Below are positions 49,196 to 59,201 of a stretch of 64,000 nt of DNA, piece by piece (the first letter of the stretch is position 1; every line of letters begins with the position of its first letter). The DNA comes from an uncultured Armatimonadetes bacterium (lineage in GTDB: Bacteria > Armatimonadota > Hebobacteria > Hebobacterales > Hebobacteraceae). The DNA is taken from NCBI GenBank assembly GCA_963716175.1, contig OY970296.1, positions 3,680,001 through 3,744,000 of the forward strand. The letters are read 5' to 3'. The notes below the pieces were generated by a model, which was not told the DNA's origin, searched no databases, and worked only from the letters and a program-made list of their open reading frames with translations. Position numbers and translations under genes: made by a program.

Positions 49196-51199
49196 CTATC
49201 TGGCCTGAAGGACCCGGTCGCCAGTCACTCTGTCCGGTCTACGCGAGTCCCGGGGCCGGCCCAGCGTGCCCCGCCTCAGCAGCTCGCGGCGGCGCTGCAG
49301 CTCGGAGACGCTGGTGGTGGCAGTGCCCACTGTGAACTTGAGGGCCGGGTAGGACCAGATATAACCGTAGTCATTGGTCAAGGTCGGCGGCCAGGGGCGC
49401 GGGACGTAGCTATCGAACCGGTTGCGCACTCCCACTCGCCACCAGAAGATGTTGCCAGAGCCTGGCAGGTTCTTGAAGTCGTTCACGACGGCCGAGGTGG
49501 TCGTCGGCCCCGGAAACACGCCAGGCACTGACTTCACATAGACCTTGTCGGGCGGGAAGTTGTCGTTGGGGTCTCTAGCGATCTGGACCACCGCCTCGTC
49601 CGCGCCGTTCGGCGAGTAGAAGCTGAAGCTGGCGCTGGTGCCGCTCGCCGTGCCCACCAGGTTGAACGGCGGGTTGACCGCGGTGAGGCGATTGGTGAAC
49701 GAGGAAAGCTCTGCGCCGCGCACGAACGCCCACAGGAAGACTGCAGTGGAGGTGAGGCGCTGCTCGACCAGGATAGGCCGTATCCGATAGACGTAGGCCT
49801 GGCCGGGCGCCGGGCCGGCCTGCTCGAAGCTGAAGGAGACGGAGGTGTCGGCGTAAGTGATGACCTGGGCGGGGCGAGAGGTGACGATGGTGCGCGAGTC
49901 GGTGCCGACAAGAGTGATCCCTGTCGTCTGATCAACCGTCCCCGTCACCACACGCTGCGTGAAAGTGGGCCTGGGCAGATCGAAGGTATAGTTCTCTCCC
50001 TCCCCCGAGACCGGTATCACCTCCATCAGGGCCTGGTCGCGCCAGATCTCATATCCCCAGATGCGGTTCTTCTCGCTTCCGTTGAACGGAATCCAGGTGA
50101 TGAGGCTGGCGGCCCGGGTGATCTTCAGGTCGGGGTCGAAGATAGGAAGAGAAATGGCCTGCGGCTGCAAGGTCGCCAGGCCATTGGACAGATTGGAGGC
50201 GATGAAAGCGGGAGCGGCGAAGCCGCCCTCCTCCATCTGCCGGGAAGTGGCCCCCAGGTCAGCGATGCCAAACAGGGCGGCAGCGGCCAGCAGCATGTTT
50301 GTCATGTTCTGCCTTTTCCGCTGGATCTTCGCGGGAGAGGGAGCGGCCACCCCGGCCGGGAGCCGGTAGATGGCGCGCAGCTGGTCTCCCGTGCGCAGCG
50401 GCGGCCCCTGCACCACCTTGGCATAGGAGCCGATCGGGTTCGCCTCTGTCACCTCCGCCAGCCCGATCCGCAGGCCGTTGCGGATCGCCACCATGTCCAT
50501 CCCGTTCTCCACCCCGGCCCGGCCGCCCACGTTCAGGAACACGGTGGAGTCGCGGGCCCACAGCACCATCGCGGTCACGGTGGGGCGCGTCCTCATGTGC
50601 TGCACTACGTCGAAGGCCGCCTGCTGCAAGGCCTTGGTGATGAGAGTGTCGTCGCTGGCCTCGGTGGAGGGGGGACCTTGCACCTTGATCAAGGCTCCGT
50701 TCACCGCGGTCTGCGCCATGCGGTCGAAAAGCAGCACCGCCAGCACCACCTCGCCGGCCCGTCCTTCCGGGGTGGACACGACGCGCACGCTCCGCACCTG
50801 GCCGGTGACCACCATGTTCACCTCTAACTCAGAAGCCAGCCGCACCAGCTCGGCGTCGCTGAGGGGCGGCTTGTACCCCAGGTCGCGCAGCCACAGCTCG
50901 ACATCGGACTTGGGGAGAATGTCCAGCAGCAAGCGGTCGCGCAGCTCGGTGGCCACCGCGTCGCTCGCCTCCTGCCCGAAGGTCTCCGTCCGGTAGCCGC
51001 TGCTGTTCTCGAAGGGCACCACCGCCACCGACTGAGCGGCGCCGCCGCGGGTGGCAACGGAGGGGGTGCCATAGCGGCCGCCGGTGGCAACCTGGGCTTG
51101 TGCCGGCGGCGCGGCCAGACCGATGGCTGCCACTGACCAGAGGAACGCCGCCGCGAGCATGACGCCTAGCGCCACCCGCCCCTGTGAAAACGTGCGCAT
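49196..51199 (-). CDS. large exported protein with CsgG/TolB-N-like N-terminal domain and beta-rich C-terminus
   Basis: Signal peptide; VAVVPFEN...VVTGQV; VFLNVGGRAGVENG (FlgT-C-like); AAGGAG RBS. Confidence 0.6.
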   Translation of the reverse strand: MRTFSQGRVALGVMLAAAFLWSVAAIGLAAPPAQAQVATGGRYGTPSVATRGGAAQSVAVVPFENSSGYRTETFGQEASDAVATELRDRLLLDILPKSDVELWLRDLGYKPPLSDAELVRLASELEVNMVVTGQVRSVRVVSTPEGRAGEVVLAVLLFDRMAQTAVNGALIKVQGPPSTEASDDTLITKALQQAAFDVVQHMRTRPTVTAMVLWARDSTVFLNVGGRAGVENGMDMVAIRNGLRIGLAEVTEANPIGSYAKVVQGPPLRTGDQLRAIYRLPAGVAAPSPAKIQRKRQNMTNMLLAAAALFGIADLGATSRQMEEGGFAAPAFIASNLSNGLATLQPQAISLPIFDPDLKITRAASLITWIPFNGSEKNRIWGYEIWRDQALMEVIPVSGEGENYTFDLPRPTFTQRVVTGTVDQTTGITLVGTDSRTIVTSRPAQVITYADTSVSFSFEQAGPAPGQAYVYRIRPILVEQRLTSTAVFLWAFVRGAELSSFTNRLTAVNPPFNLVGTASGTSASFSFYSPNGADEAVVQIARDPNDNFPPDKVYVKSVPGVFPGPTTTSAVVNDFKNLPGSGNIFWWRVGVRNRFDSYVPRPWPPTLTNDYGYIWSYPALKFTVGTATTSVSELQRRRELLRRGTLGRPRDSRRPDRVTGDRVLQAR

Positions 51200-51412
51200 G
51201 ATGGGTCGTCTCCTTGCTTCTCGCAGTGTTACCGGAGGGCCAGCCCAGACCCTCCCCGCCGGGCGAGGGCAACCACTAGGCCCTCCCTCGCGGTCACTGT
51301 CACGTGGTGTGGCACTAGCCGCGGGCCACACTAGCCACGTGGGTGCGAACTCCAACCCTCGCCCAGCAACCCCCAGCCCATTGGCGGTACGACCCCCCGC
51401 GCTCAGCGACGG

Positions 51413-51442
51413 ATTCTACCACACCCCTCGACCCCTTGTAAA
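51413..51442 (-). promoter_or_regulatory. sigma70-type promoter preceding a ~210-nt leader
   Basis: TTTACA-N18-TAGAAT with TG extension. Confidence 0.6.
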
Positions 51443-51588
51443 GCAGAACCTGGGTCGCCTCTCACAGTGGAAGACGACCTGCGTGGGGCGGCTGCCGCAG
51501 CCGGCTCATTCCTCTCCGTTCCCCCCATCTGCCTCACCACGAAGCCTGGCCAGCTTCTCCCAGCCGCCTGACGGATTAGACGCGGCGC

Positions 51589-52194
51589 TCAGCGATTGAG
51601 TTCCAGCCAGATCCGCTCGAGTTCCCGCAGAGCCGCCTCCCTCCCGGCAGTGGTGTCCACCACCCAGTCGGCCCGCTTCACCTGCTCGCCTGGCGACAAC
51701 TGCGCCGCCATCCGCCGCCTCACCTCCGACTCGCTCGAGCCATCCCGGGCCATCACCCGCCGAACCCGCTCCTCCTCGTTGGCCACCATCACCAGCAGAC
51801 GGTCAACCGGTTTCCGGCCGCCGGCCTCCAGCAGCAGCGGTGCCACCACGCAGGCCACCGCGGTCCCCCCCTCTCTCGCCAGCTCCTGGAGACGCCGTTG
51901 GATCTCGGCCATGATGGGGGGATGCGTCAGAGCATTCAGTCTGGCTACCGCCTGGGGATCGCCGAACACCAGATCGGAGAGCTTGCGCCGGTCCAGGCTT
52001 CCGTCCGGCCGCAGCACTTCGTGCCCGAAGGCCGCCGCCACCTCCCGGAGAACCGCGGAGCCTGGCCCCATCAGCTCTCGCGCCACCGCGTCGGCATCGA
52101 GAATGGACGCCCCCCGGCTCCGGAAGAATTCGCTGGCCAGTGATTTCCCGCTACCGATGCCACCGGTAATGCCCAGCACCAGCATCGGAGCCAT
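51589..52194 (-). CDS. coaE: dephospho-CoA kinase
   Basis: GITGGIGSGKS, DADAVA, LNALTHP, PLLLE. Confidence 0.95.
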   Translation of the reverse strand: MAPMLVLGITGGIGSGKSLASEFFRSRGASILDADAVARELMGPGSAVLREVAAAFGHEVLRPDGSLDRRKLSDLVFGDPQAVARLNALTHPPIMAEIQRRLQELAREGGTAVACVVAPLLLEAGGRKPVDRLLVMVANEEERVRRVMARDGSSESEVRRRMAAQLSPGEQVKRADWVVDTTAGREAALRELERIWLELNR

Positions 52195-52222
52195 TGCGGC
52201 GGCGCTCCCCGGCCCCCGCCGC

Positions 52223-53641
52223 CTACTCCTCTGTCTCCCAGGCCGGCGCGGGCGGCTCGGCGTGCTCCCGCTCTTCCTCGGGAACCGCCTCTGCTCCCGG
52301 CGGCTCTTCCTGCCCGGCGGCCTCGCCCACTACCTCCGGCTGAACGGGCTGGCCTTCCCCCTCCTCTTCAGGCTGATCGCCCTGCTCGCCGGCAGCCGCC
52401 TGGGCCACGACCTGCGTCCCCGAGAGCATATCACCCACCAGGTCGCCGATGGTGACCCGGCTGCTCTCCTGCTGCCGCTGCATGTACTCTCGCAGCTCGC
52501 GCCGCTCCTGCGCTTGCTGCACCTGGCGCAGGCTCAGGGTCATGCGCCTCTCCGCAGGCCGGATGCTGACGATCTTCGCCTGCACCGTGTCTCCGGCCGA
52601 CAGCGTATCCTGTGCCCGCTGGCCCCGGTTCCCTGGCATCTCGGCATTGGGGATGATGGCCTCAATGCCGGTCTCGAGCCGGATGAACGCGCCGAACGGC
52701 ACCACTCTGGTCACGGTCCCGGTGACGATCTGGTTCACCCGGAACTGGTCCCTCGCCTGCTCCCACGGGTCGGGAAGGATCTGCTTCAAACCCAGCGAGA
52801 TCCGATTCTGCTCCCGGTCATAGCGCAGCACCATCACGTCAATCTTATCGCCGACCTTCACCACATCGCTCGGGTGGTTGATCCGCGTCCACGACATCTC
52901 GGTGACGTGGAGCAGGCCATCCACCCCGCCAATATCCACGAAGGCTCCATAGTCCGCAATGCGGCGGACGATGCCCTTATAGACCTTGTTCTCCTCCAGG
53001 CCGCCCAGCGTCTGCTCGCGGCGCTTGCGCCGCTCCTGTTCCACCGCCTCTTTCTGGGAGACCACCACGCGCTTGCGCCCTCGATCCACCTCGACGATCT
53101 TCACCCTCACTGATTGACCCACGAACCGGTCCAGCGCGTGCACGTTGCGGGTGCGCACATGGGAGGCGGGCAGGAAGCCCCTCATTCCCAGGTCCACCAC
53201 CAGGCCGCCCTTGACCCGATCCGTCACCATCGCGCTTAGCACATCGCCCCGCTCGTGAGCCGTGGTCAGCCGCTGCCAGACGCGCTCGTAGTCCGCCTTC
53301 TTCTTCGAGAGCACGGGACTGCCCTCATCATCCTCCGGCCGCACCACGTAGACCGATACCCGATCACCGACCCCCAGCGGCTTGCCTTCCTCGGTGGTGC
53401 CGCCGGAGAGCTCCTCGGCCGAGATATGGCCCTCGGACTTGGTGCCCACATCCACCAGCGCGCCGTGCTCGTCAATGTGGACGATGAGCCCGTCCACGAT
53501 CTGGCCGCTAGTCAGCGCGTTGACCTGCGACTCCATGTCCCCAGGTCCCTCTTCCGCGAGGGAGGCCGCTTCCGATGGGCCTGCCTCCTGGGCTTTCCTC
53601 TCCAACTCCTCGCCCTGCACCTCATGCTCTTGGTCGTTCAT
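52223..53641 (-). CDS. rpsA: 30S ribosomal protein S1 (4 S1 domains)
   Basis: VDVGTKSEG, VKGGLVVD..GFLPASH, GAFVDIGGVDGLLH, FGAF; acidic tails. Confidence 0.93.
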   Translation of the reverse strand: MNDQEHEVQGEELERKAQEAGPSEAASLAEEGPGDMESQVNALTSGQIVDGLIVHIDEHGALVDVGTKSEGHISAEELSGGTTEEGKPLGVGDRVSVYVVRPEDDEGSPVLSKKKADYERVWQRLTTAHERGDVLSAMVTDRVKGGLVVDLGMRGFLPASHVRTRNVHALDRFVGQSVRVKIVEVDRGRKRVVVSQKEAVEQERRKRREQTLGGLEENKVYKGIVRRIADYGAFVDIGGVDGLLHVTEMSWTRINHPSDVVKVGDKIDVMVLRYDREQNRISLGLKQILPDPWEQARDQFRVNQIVTGTVTRVVPFGAFIRLETGIEAIIPNAEMPGNRGQRAQDTLSAGDTVQAKIVSIRPAERRMTLSLRQVQQAQERRELREYMQRQQESSRVTIGDLVGDMLSGTQVVAQAAAGEQGDQPEEEGEGQPVQPEVVGEAAGQEEPPGAEAVPEEEREHAEPPAPAWETEE

Positions 53642-53936
53642 GCATCACCTAACCTTCCTCACCAGGTGGGCTGCACACCGGCAGCTGGAAGGAAGCTGAC
53701 GCCGCCACGGTCACCTCGCCAACCCAGCGGCCGCTTCTGCTGCTCTGTGGTGCAGCACGCGAAAGGGGCGGCACTTGCTGACCGCCCCCTCTTCCGAAAG
53801 TTCCGAGGCCCATGCGGGAGTGGCCCCTGACCGATGCTGGCGAGAGCCTCGGGATCGCTGCGGCTGCCGGCTCTCGCCTGCTTCCTCATCCCTTCTGACG
53901 ACTTCGACAGCTAGCCCTCCGGCTCCTTCCACCCCC

Positions 53937-56612
53937 TCACACCTCTCCCGGCGCCACCGGCGTCATCTCCAGCCAGTTGGGCCCCGCCTTGGTGTCCACC
54001 TTCAGCGGCACCCGCAGCTCATAGGCGCCCGACATGCACCGCGTCACCAGGCGCGCGGTCTGGGCCAGCTCAGCTTCCGGGACCTCCAGCAGCAGCTCGT
54101 CGTGCACCTGTAGGATCATCCTCCCGGTCAGCCGCTGCCGTGGCAGTTCGCCGTGCACCCGCAGCATCGCCAGCTTGATGATGTCGGCCGCCGTTCCCTG
54201 CATCGGGGTGTTGATCGCCATCCGCTCCGCCGCCGCGCGCAGCGCAGGGGCCCGCGCCCTCAGCTCCGGCAGGGGCCGGCGGCGCCCGAACAGGGTTCGC
54301 ACATAGCCCGCCTCCCGGGCTTGCTGGGGCATACTCTCGACGTAGGCCCGCACCTTCGGGAAACGGCCGAAGTAGCGGCTCACATAACGGCTCGCCTCCT
54401 CCATCGAGATCCCCATTTCCCGCGCCAGGCGAAACTCGCTGATCCCATAGGGTATGCCGAAGTTCACCATCTTCGCGAATGCTCGCATCTGCGGGGTGAC
54501 CTGGCCGTGGCCCACCCCGAAGATCTCCATTGCCGCGGCATGATGCAGGTCCTCGTCCCGCCGGAAAATCTCGATCAGGTTCTGGTCTTCGGTGATGTGC
54601 GCCAGGATGCGAAGCTCGATCTGGGAGTAGTCCGCGGACAGCAGCAAGTGGCCCTCCCGTCCCGGGATGAAGGCCCGCCTGATCTCGCTGCCCAACTCGG
54701 TCCGGATAGGGATGTTCTGCAGGTTGGGGTCACTGCTGCTCAGCCGGCCCGTGGCCGTCACCGCCTGGTTGAGCGAGGTGTGCAGCCGCCCCGTCTCCGG
54801 GTCGATCAGCCGCGGCAGAGCGTCCACGTAGGTAGACTTGAGCTTCGTGACCTCCCGGTATTCCAGGATCCTGGTCACGATCTCGTGCTCGCTCAACCCG
54901 GCCAGCACGTCCGCATCCGTCGAGTACCCGGTCTTCGTGCGCTTGCTCTTGTCGGGCGGCAGCTTCAGCTTCTCGAACAGAATCTGCCTGAGCTGCTTGG
55001 GGGAGCCGATGGTGAACTCCTCACCCGCGAGCGCGAAAATGTCCCGCTCCAGTTCTCCCACCCGCTGCCCCAGCCGCGCCGACAGCGCCTGCAGCGCGGA
55101 CACGTCAATCGCCACCCCGGCGCGCTCCATCTCCACCAGCACCGGGATCAAGGGCATCTCCAGCTCCCGGAACAGCTTCCCCAGTTCCAGCTCCTCTAGC
55201 TCCTGCGCCAACCGCTGCCGTAGGGCCCCCACCTGTCGTACCGCCCTCGCCGCCACCCCGGGCGCGGCCCAATCGCCCAGCGCCAGTTCGGCCCTGCTCT
55301 CGCCTTGCAGATGGTCATAGACCGCGGAGTCCAGATCGTGCTTGCGCGCCGGGTTCACCAGATAGGAAGCGATCATGGTGTCGAAGGCCAGCCCCTGGAG
55401 CGAGATCCCCCGCCGGAAGAGAAGCAGGGCCAGGCGCTTCAGGTCGTGGCCGATCTTGGCCACCTGAGGCGACTCCAGCGCCGGCTTCAGGGGAGTCAGC
55501 AAGGAGCGCAGGTTCCCGGCCTCCGCCAGCACAACGGCCGGGGGCGGCCGGCCCGCTTGCCCTTCTCAGCAGAGCCCCCGGCCAGGCAGAGTCCGACCAT
55601 TTCAGCGCGGAGAGGAGGGGAGAGGGCGGCGAGAGGGTAGACGATCAGCTCCCGCGCTTCGGCCAGTTGCTTCGCCAGCTTCCCCACGTCCGGCGGCTGC
55701 TGTACCAGCAAGTGCTCATCGCTCACCTCCGCCGGCTGGGATTCCAGCCGCGACAGCAGACTGCGGAAATCCAGCCGCCGGAACAGCTCCCCCAGCCGTG
55801 CCCCATCCGGAGGCCGGACTCGCAGCGCCGCAGGATCCAGGTCGAGGGGCAGATCGCGCACGATCACCGCCAGCTCCCTCGATCTTCGCGCCAGGTCGGC
55901 GTAGGCCTCCAGCGCCTGCGCGATGCGAGCGGGCGTGACCTCGCCGCGATGGGCGATCACACTCTCCAATGACCCGTAGCGCGCCACCAGGGCCGAGGCC
56001 GTCTTATCCCCAATGCCGGGCACCCCGGGGATGTTGTCACTGGTGTCCCCGCGCAGGGCACGGAAATCCGGCAGCTGCTCTGGCGCGAAGCCGTAGCGCT
56101 CTCGCACCGCCGCCGGATCGTAGACCGTAGTCTCGGTGATGCCACGGCGGGTGACCATCACCGATACCCGATCCGAGACCAGTTGCAGCTCATCCAGGTC
56201 ACCCGTCACCACCAGCACCCGGCAGCCGGACTGCTCCCCCTCCCGCGCCAGGGTGCCGATGACGTCATCGGCCTCGTAGCCCTCTGCGGTGTAGATGGGG
56301 ATGTGCATCGCCTCCAGGATTTCGCCGCGCCATCTCGATCTGCGGGCCCAGCTCGTCCGGCATCTGCTGGCGGGTGGCCTTGTAGTCCGGATAGCGGCGG
56401 TGGCGAAAGGTGGGCGTGGGGAGGTCAAAGGCCACCGCGATCATATCGGGCTGCTCTTCATCGAGAATCTTGAAGAGCATGGCGGTGAAGCCATAGGCCG
56501 CGTTCGTCACCTCTCCCTTGGCGTTGGTGAGGGGAGGAAGCGCGAAGAAGGCCCGATAGAGCAGGCTGTGGCCGTCTATCAGTACCAGCTTTGGTGCGGT
56601 GGACTCGGTCAC
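53937..56612 (-). CDS. polA: DNA polymerase I; two frameshifts (near 56325 and 55540)
   Basis: LIDGHSLLYRAFFA | EADDVIGT, GDTSDNIPGVPGIG | TGRLSSSDPNLQNIP, DYSQIELR, LQVHDEL, spread over three frames. Confidence 0.93.
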
Positions 56613-57796
56613 ATCTCTCCTGGCTCTGCTCTCCGCGCCAGCGCGCCCTGCGCCAGGCGAGCGGCGAACTCGTCATAGAGCAAGCCGCCACTCACCGTCA
56701 CCTGGCTGCGGCTGGAGCCACCGCTGCCCAGCAGCCAGCGCAGCAGCCCGGGAGGCGCGTATTCCTTGGTCCTCGGTATGCCGGTGATGCCCGCCAACCG
56801 CCCCGCTGCAGCCAGCGCTTCCTGCATGCCGCCCAGCTCATCTACCAGCTTGTTCTGCTTCGCCTGGGCGCCGCTGTAGATGCGGCCGTCGGCCAGCTTG
56901 CGCACTCCCGCCTCGGTCAGCCCGTGGTCCTTCCGGCCCTCGGCCACCGCCTTGATGAACTGGTCGTGGGTCTCGCGCAGCAGCTTCTCCACCAGGGCGC
57001 GCACGTCCGGGCTGATAGGCCCGAAAGGAGAGAGCATGTCCTTGAACTTGCCCGCCTTCAACACCTCCGCCTTGATCCCCAGCTTCTTGAACAGCCCGGA
57101 GATGTCCTCGTGCATCGAGATCACGCCGATGCTGCCGGTGATGGTGGCGGGATTGGCCCAGATCTCCTGCGCCGGGGCCGATATGTAGTACCCGCCAGAG
57201 GCGGCGACATCGGCCATGGACACCACCACGAGTTTGTGGTGCTGCTGCGCCATCTGGACCGCGTGATAGATCTCCTGAGAGGCGGCGGCCGAGCCGCCCG
57301 GGCTGTTGACCCGCAGCAGGATCCCCTTCACATCATCATCTTCGATCGCGCGCTCGATCTGCTGCACCACGTCATCCGATCCAGTGGAGGCGCCGCCCAG
57401 AGGAGAGAAGCCGGACTGCCCGGCGACGATCGCCCCATCCACGCGAATCAGCGCGATCCGGTTCCCGCCGACGCTGATACCGCGCATCGCGCCTGTGGCG
57501 CTGAACACCCCCGAGAGCGCGACCGCAATCACGATCACGATCACGACCAGGCACCCGGCCAGGCCGCACCCGCATCCCCATCGCCAGAAAGACCCGCGCC
57601 GCCGCGGCGGGGGTGGGGCCTGCAGCAACGGAGGGGTTGGCGGGGGCGGGGGCGCTGGGGGAGGCGGTGGTGGGGTAGGAGGCGGCGCCGCCTGTTGGAC
57701 AGGAGTCTGCTCCTGCCCCCGAGCTTCTTCTGTATGTTGGGCGGAAGCTTGCTCCTGCCCTTCCCTCTGCTCCCCCGATGGCTGTTCAGGACTCAC
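56609..57796 (-). CDS. sppA: signal peptide peptidase SppA (S49) with Pro-rich N-terminus
   Basis: NSPGGS, AASGGYY, TGSIGV, KAGKFKD, DGRIYSG. Confidence 0.92.
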   Translation of the reverse strand: MSPEQPSGEQREGQEQASAQHTEEARGQEQTPVQQAAPPPTPPPPPPAPPPPPTPPLLQAPPPPRRRGSFWRWGCGCGLAGCLVVIVIVIAVALSGVFSATGAMRGISVGGNRIALIRVDGAIVAGQSGFSPLGGASTGSDDVVQQIERAIEDDDVKGILLRVNSPGGSAAASQEIYHAVQMAQQHHKLVVVSMADVAASGGYYISAPAQEIWANPATITGSIGVISMHEDISGLFKKLGIKAEVLKAGKFKDMLSPFGPISPDVRALVEKLLRETHDQFIKAVAEGRKDHGLTEAGVRKLADGRIYSGAQAKQNKLVDELGGMQEALAAAGRLAGITGIPRTKEYAPPGLLRWLLGSGGSSRSQVTVSGGLLYDEFAARLAQGALARRAEPGEM

Positions 57797-57973
57797 TTTC
57801 CTCTCCTATCGGATCCGTCATGGCCGTCTGTAGGGCGGGTATCCGCCCCAGGCGGATGCCCGCCGGCCGTCGTCTCTCCCTCTGCGTCATCTGCGCAATG
57901 GCTAAGCCGCCCGCAGGCGGCCGCCATGGCGGCAGGCGAAGCCTGCCTAGCCATCTGCGGATCGCCGTTCACC

Positions 57974-58003
57974 TTGACACTGCTAATCGCGGCAGACTAT
58001 ACT
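57974..58003 (+). promoter_or_regulatory. sigma70 promoter for tRNA-Leu
   Basis: TTGACA-N18-TATACT. Confidence 0.65.
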
Positions 58004-58049
58004 CGGCTACAATACAAGGGCAGGAGGCAAGCTCCTGCCCTACTCAGGG

Positions 58050-58132
58050 GCCGGTGTGGCGGAATGGCAGACGCGCCTGACTCAAAATCAGGTGGGGGCA
58101 ACCCCGTGGGGGTTCGACTCCCTCCACCGGCA
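58050..58132 (+). tRNA. tRNA-Leu (CAA), CCA not encoded
   Basis: gccggtg...cctga-ctCAAaa-tcagg, long variable arm ggggcaacccc, ggttcgactcc, caccggcA followed by CGA. Confidence 0.95.
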
Positions 58133-58244
58133 CGACAAGCGGTTCAGCCGCCGATAGACGCAGATCAACGCAGATGAACTACGGTAGCACCGGCTCCCAG
58201 CCGGTGACGTCCCCCCCAGACTCCGCTGCTAGCCCCGGACCCTT

Positions 58245-58280
58245 TTCGTTGCTTCGGTAGCTCTACTGCCGAAGCCCCCT
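58245..58280 (+). repeat. 36-bp palindromic direct repeat, copy 1
   Basis: ttcgttgcttcggtagctctactgccgaagccccct. Confidence 0.85.
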
Positions 58281-58560
58281 GCCGGCACCCCTTGATGTCA
58301 TTCTGAGCAGGGCGAAGAATCCCGCCGTTCCGCACCCGGGCAAGAGACTCGTCGCCAGACCTGCTCCCCCGACCTAGCCATACCCCGGCCCGCCGAAGGC
58401 GGGCCTAGGGGCTCCTGCCCTACGTGCCTACCGTTGCTGACCGGGGGACGGGCTCGCTCGCCTCCGGTGAGTTCCTATCGGCGGTGCGGGGAGCGCAGGA
58501 GAGGAAGAGGATGCGGTGAAGTGAGGGTGTGCGTGAATCGGTAGCGAGGAGGCGAGGGAG

Positions 58561-59067
58561 ATGAGCGACCAAGCAGACGCGCCGGAGGTGGTGCGGGCGC
58601 AGCGGTTCGTGTTGGTGGACGCGGCAGGCGCGCAGCGCGCCGCGCTGGCGCTGGGACCCGACGGCAGCCCGATCCTGTCGCTCTTCGACGAGAAGGGCAA
58701 GGCGCGCGCCATGCTGGGCCTGCCTACCGACGGCAGCCCGTCCCTGTCGCTCTTCGACGGGAAGGGCGTGCCGCGCGCCGCGCTGGCGCTGGGAGCCGAC
58801 GACAGCCCGATGCTGTCGCTCTTCGACGGGAAGGGCGGGCTGCGCGCCTCGCTGGCGCTGGGAGCCGACGACAGCCCGATCCTGTCGCTCCACGACGGGA
58901 AGGGCGAGGCGCGCGCCTCGCTGGCGCTGCCTGCCGACGGCAGCCCGAAGCTGGTGCTCTTCGACGAGAAGGGGGAGGGGCGCGCCGTGCTGTCGGTGGT
59001 TCCCGACGGCCGCCCGGGCCTGGCGCTGTACGACGAGAAGGGCGAGGCTTTCTGGCGAGCGCCGTAG
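58561..59067 (+). CDS. tandem-repeat protein (6 x 23 aa)
   Basis: Repeat RAxLxLxxDxSPxLSLFDxKGxx; GGGAG RBS; repeat codons diverge while the amino-acid pattern is conserved. Confidence 0.8.
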   Translation: MSDQADAPEVVRAQRFVLVDAAGAQRAALALGPDGSPILSLFDEKGKARAMLGLPTDGSPSLSLFDGKGVPRAALALGADDSPMLSLFDGKGGLRASLALGADDSPILSLHDGKGEARASLALPADGSPKLVLFDEKGEGRAVLSVVPDGRPGLALYDEKGEAFWRAP

Positions 59068-59165
59068 TTTCGGCCGGGATGGGATGGGGCGCGGGCGGTC
59101 GGCACAGAAGGGGCGGCGCGACAAAGGGGCGACGGGCGTAAGCAAGAGCAAGTGGGCGGCTGTGA

Positions 59166-59201
59166 TTCGTTGCTTCGGTAGTTCTACTGCCGAAGCCCCC
59201 T
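59166..59201 (+). repeat. 36-bp palindromic direct repeat, copy 2
   Basis: ttcgttgcttcggtagttctactgccgaagccccct; one mismatch to copy 1. Confidence 0.85.

Noticed and set aside
6092-56612. True pseudogenes or programmed frameshifts in fabD, glnA, nadE and polA
   Set aside because: All catalytic motifs are intact, there are no slippery heptamers and several genes are core housekeeping functions; assembly errors are more parsimonious.
58245-59201. CRISPR repeats or integron attC sites
   Set aside because: Only two copies about 920 bp apart; no RYYYAAC/GTTRRRY attC architecture and no cas or intI gene.
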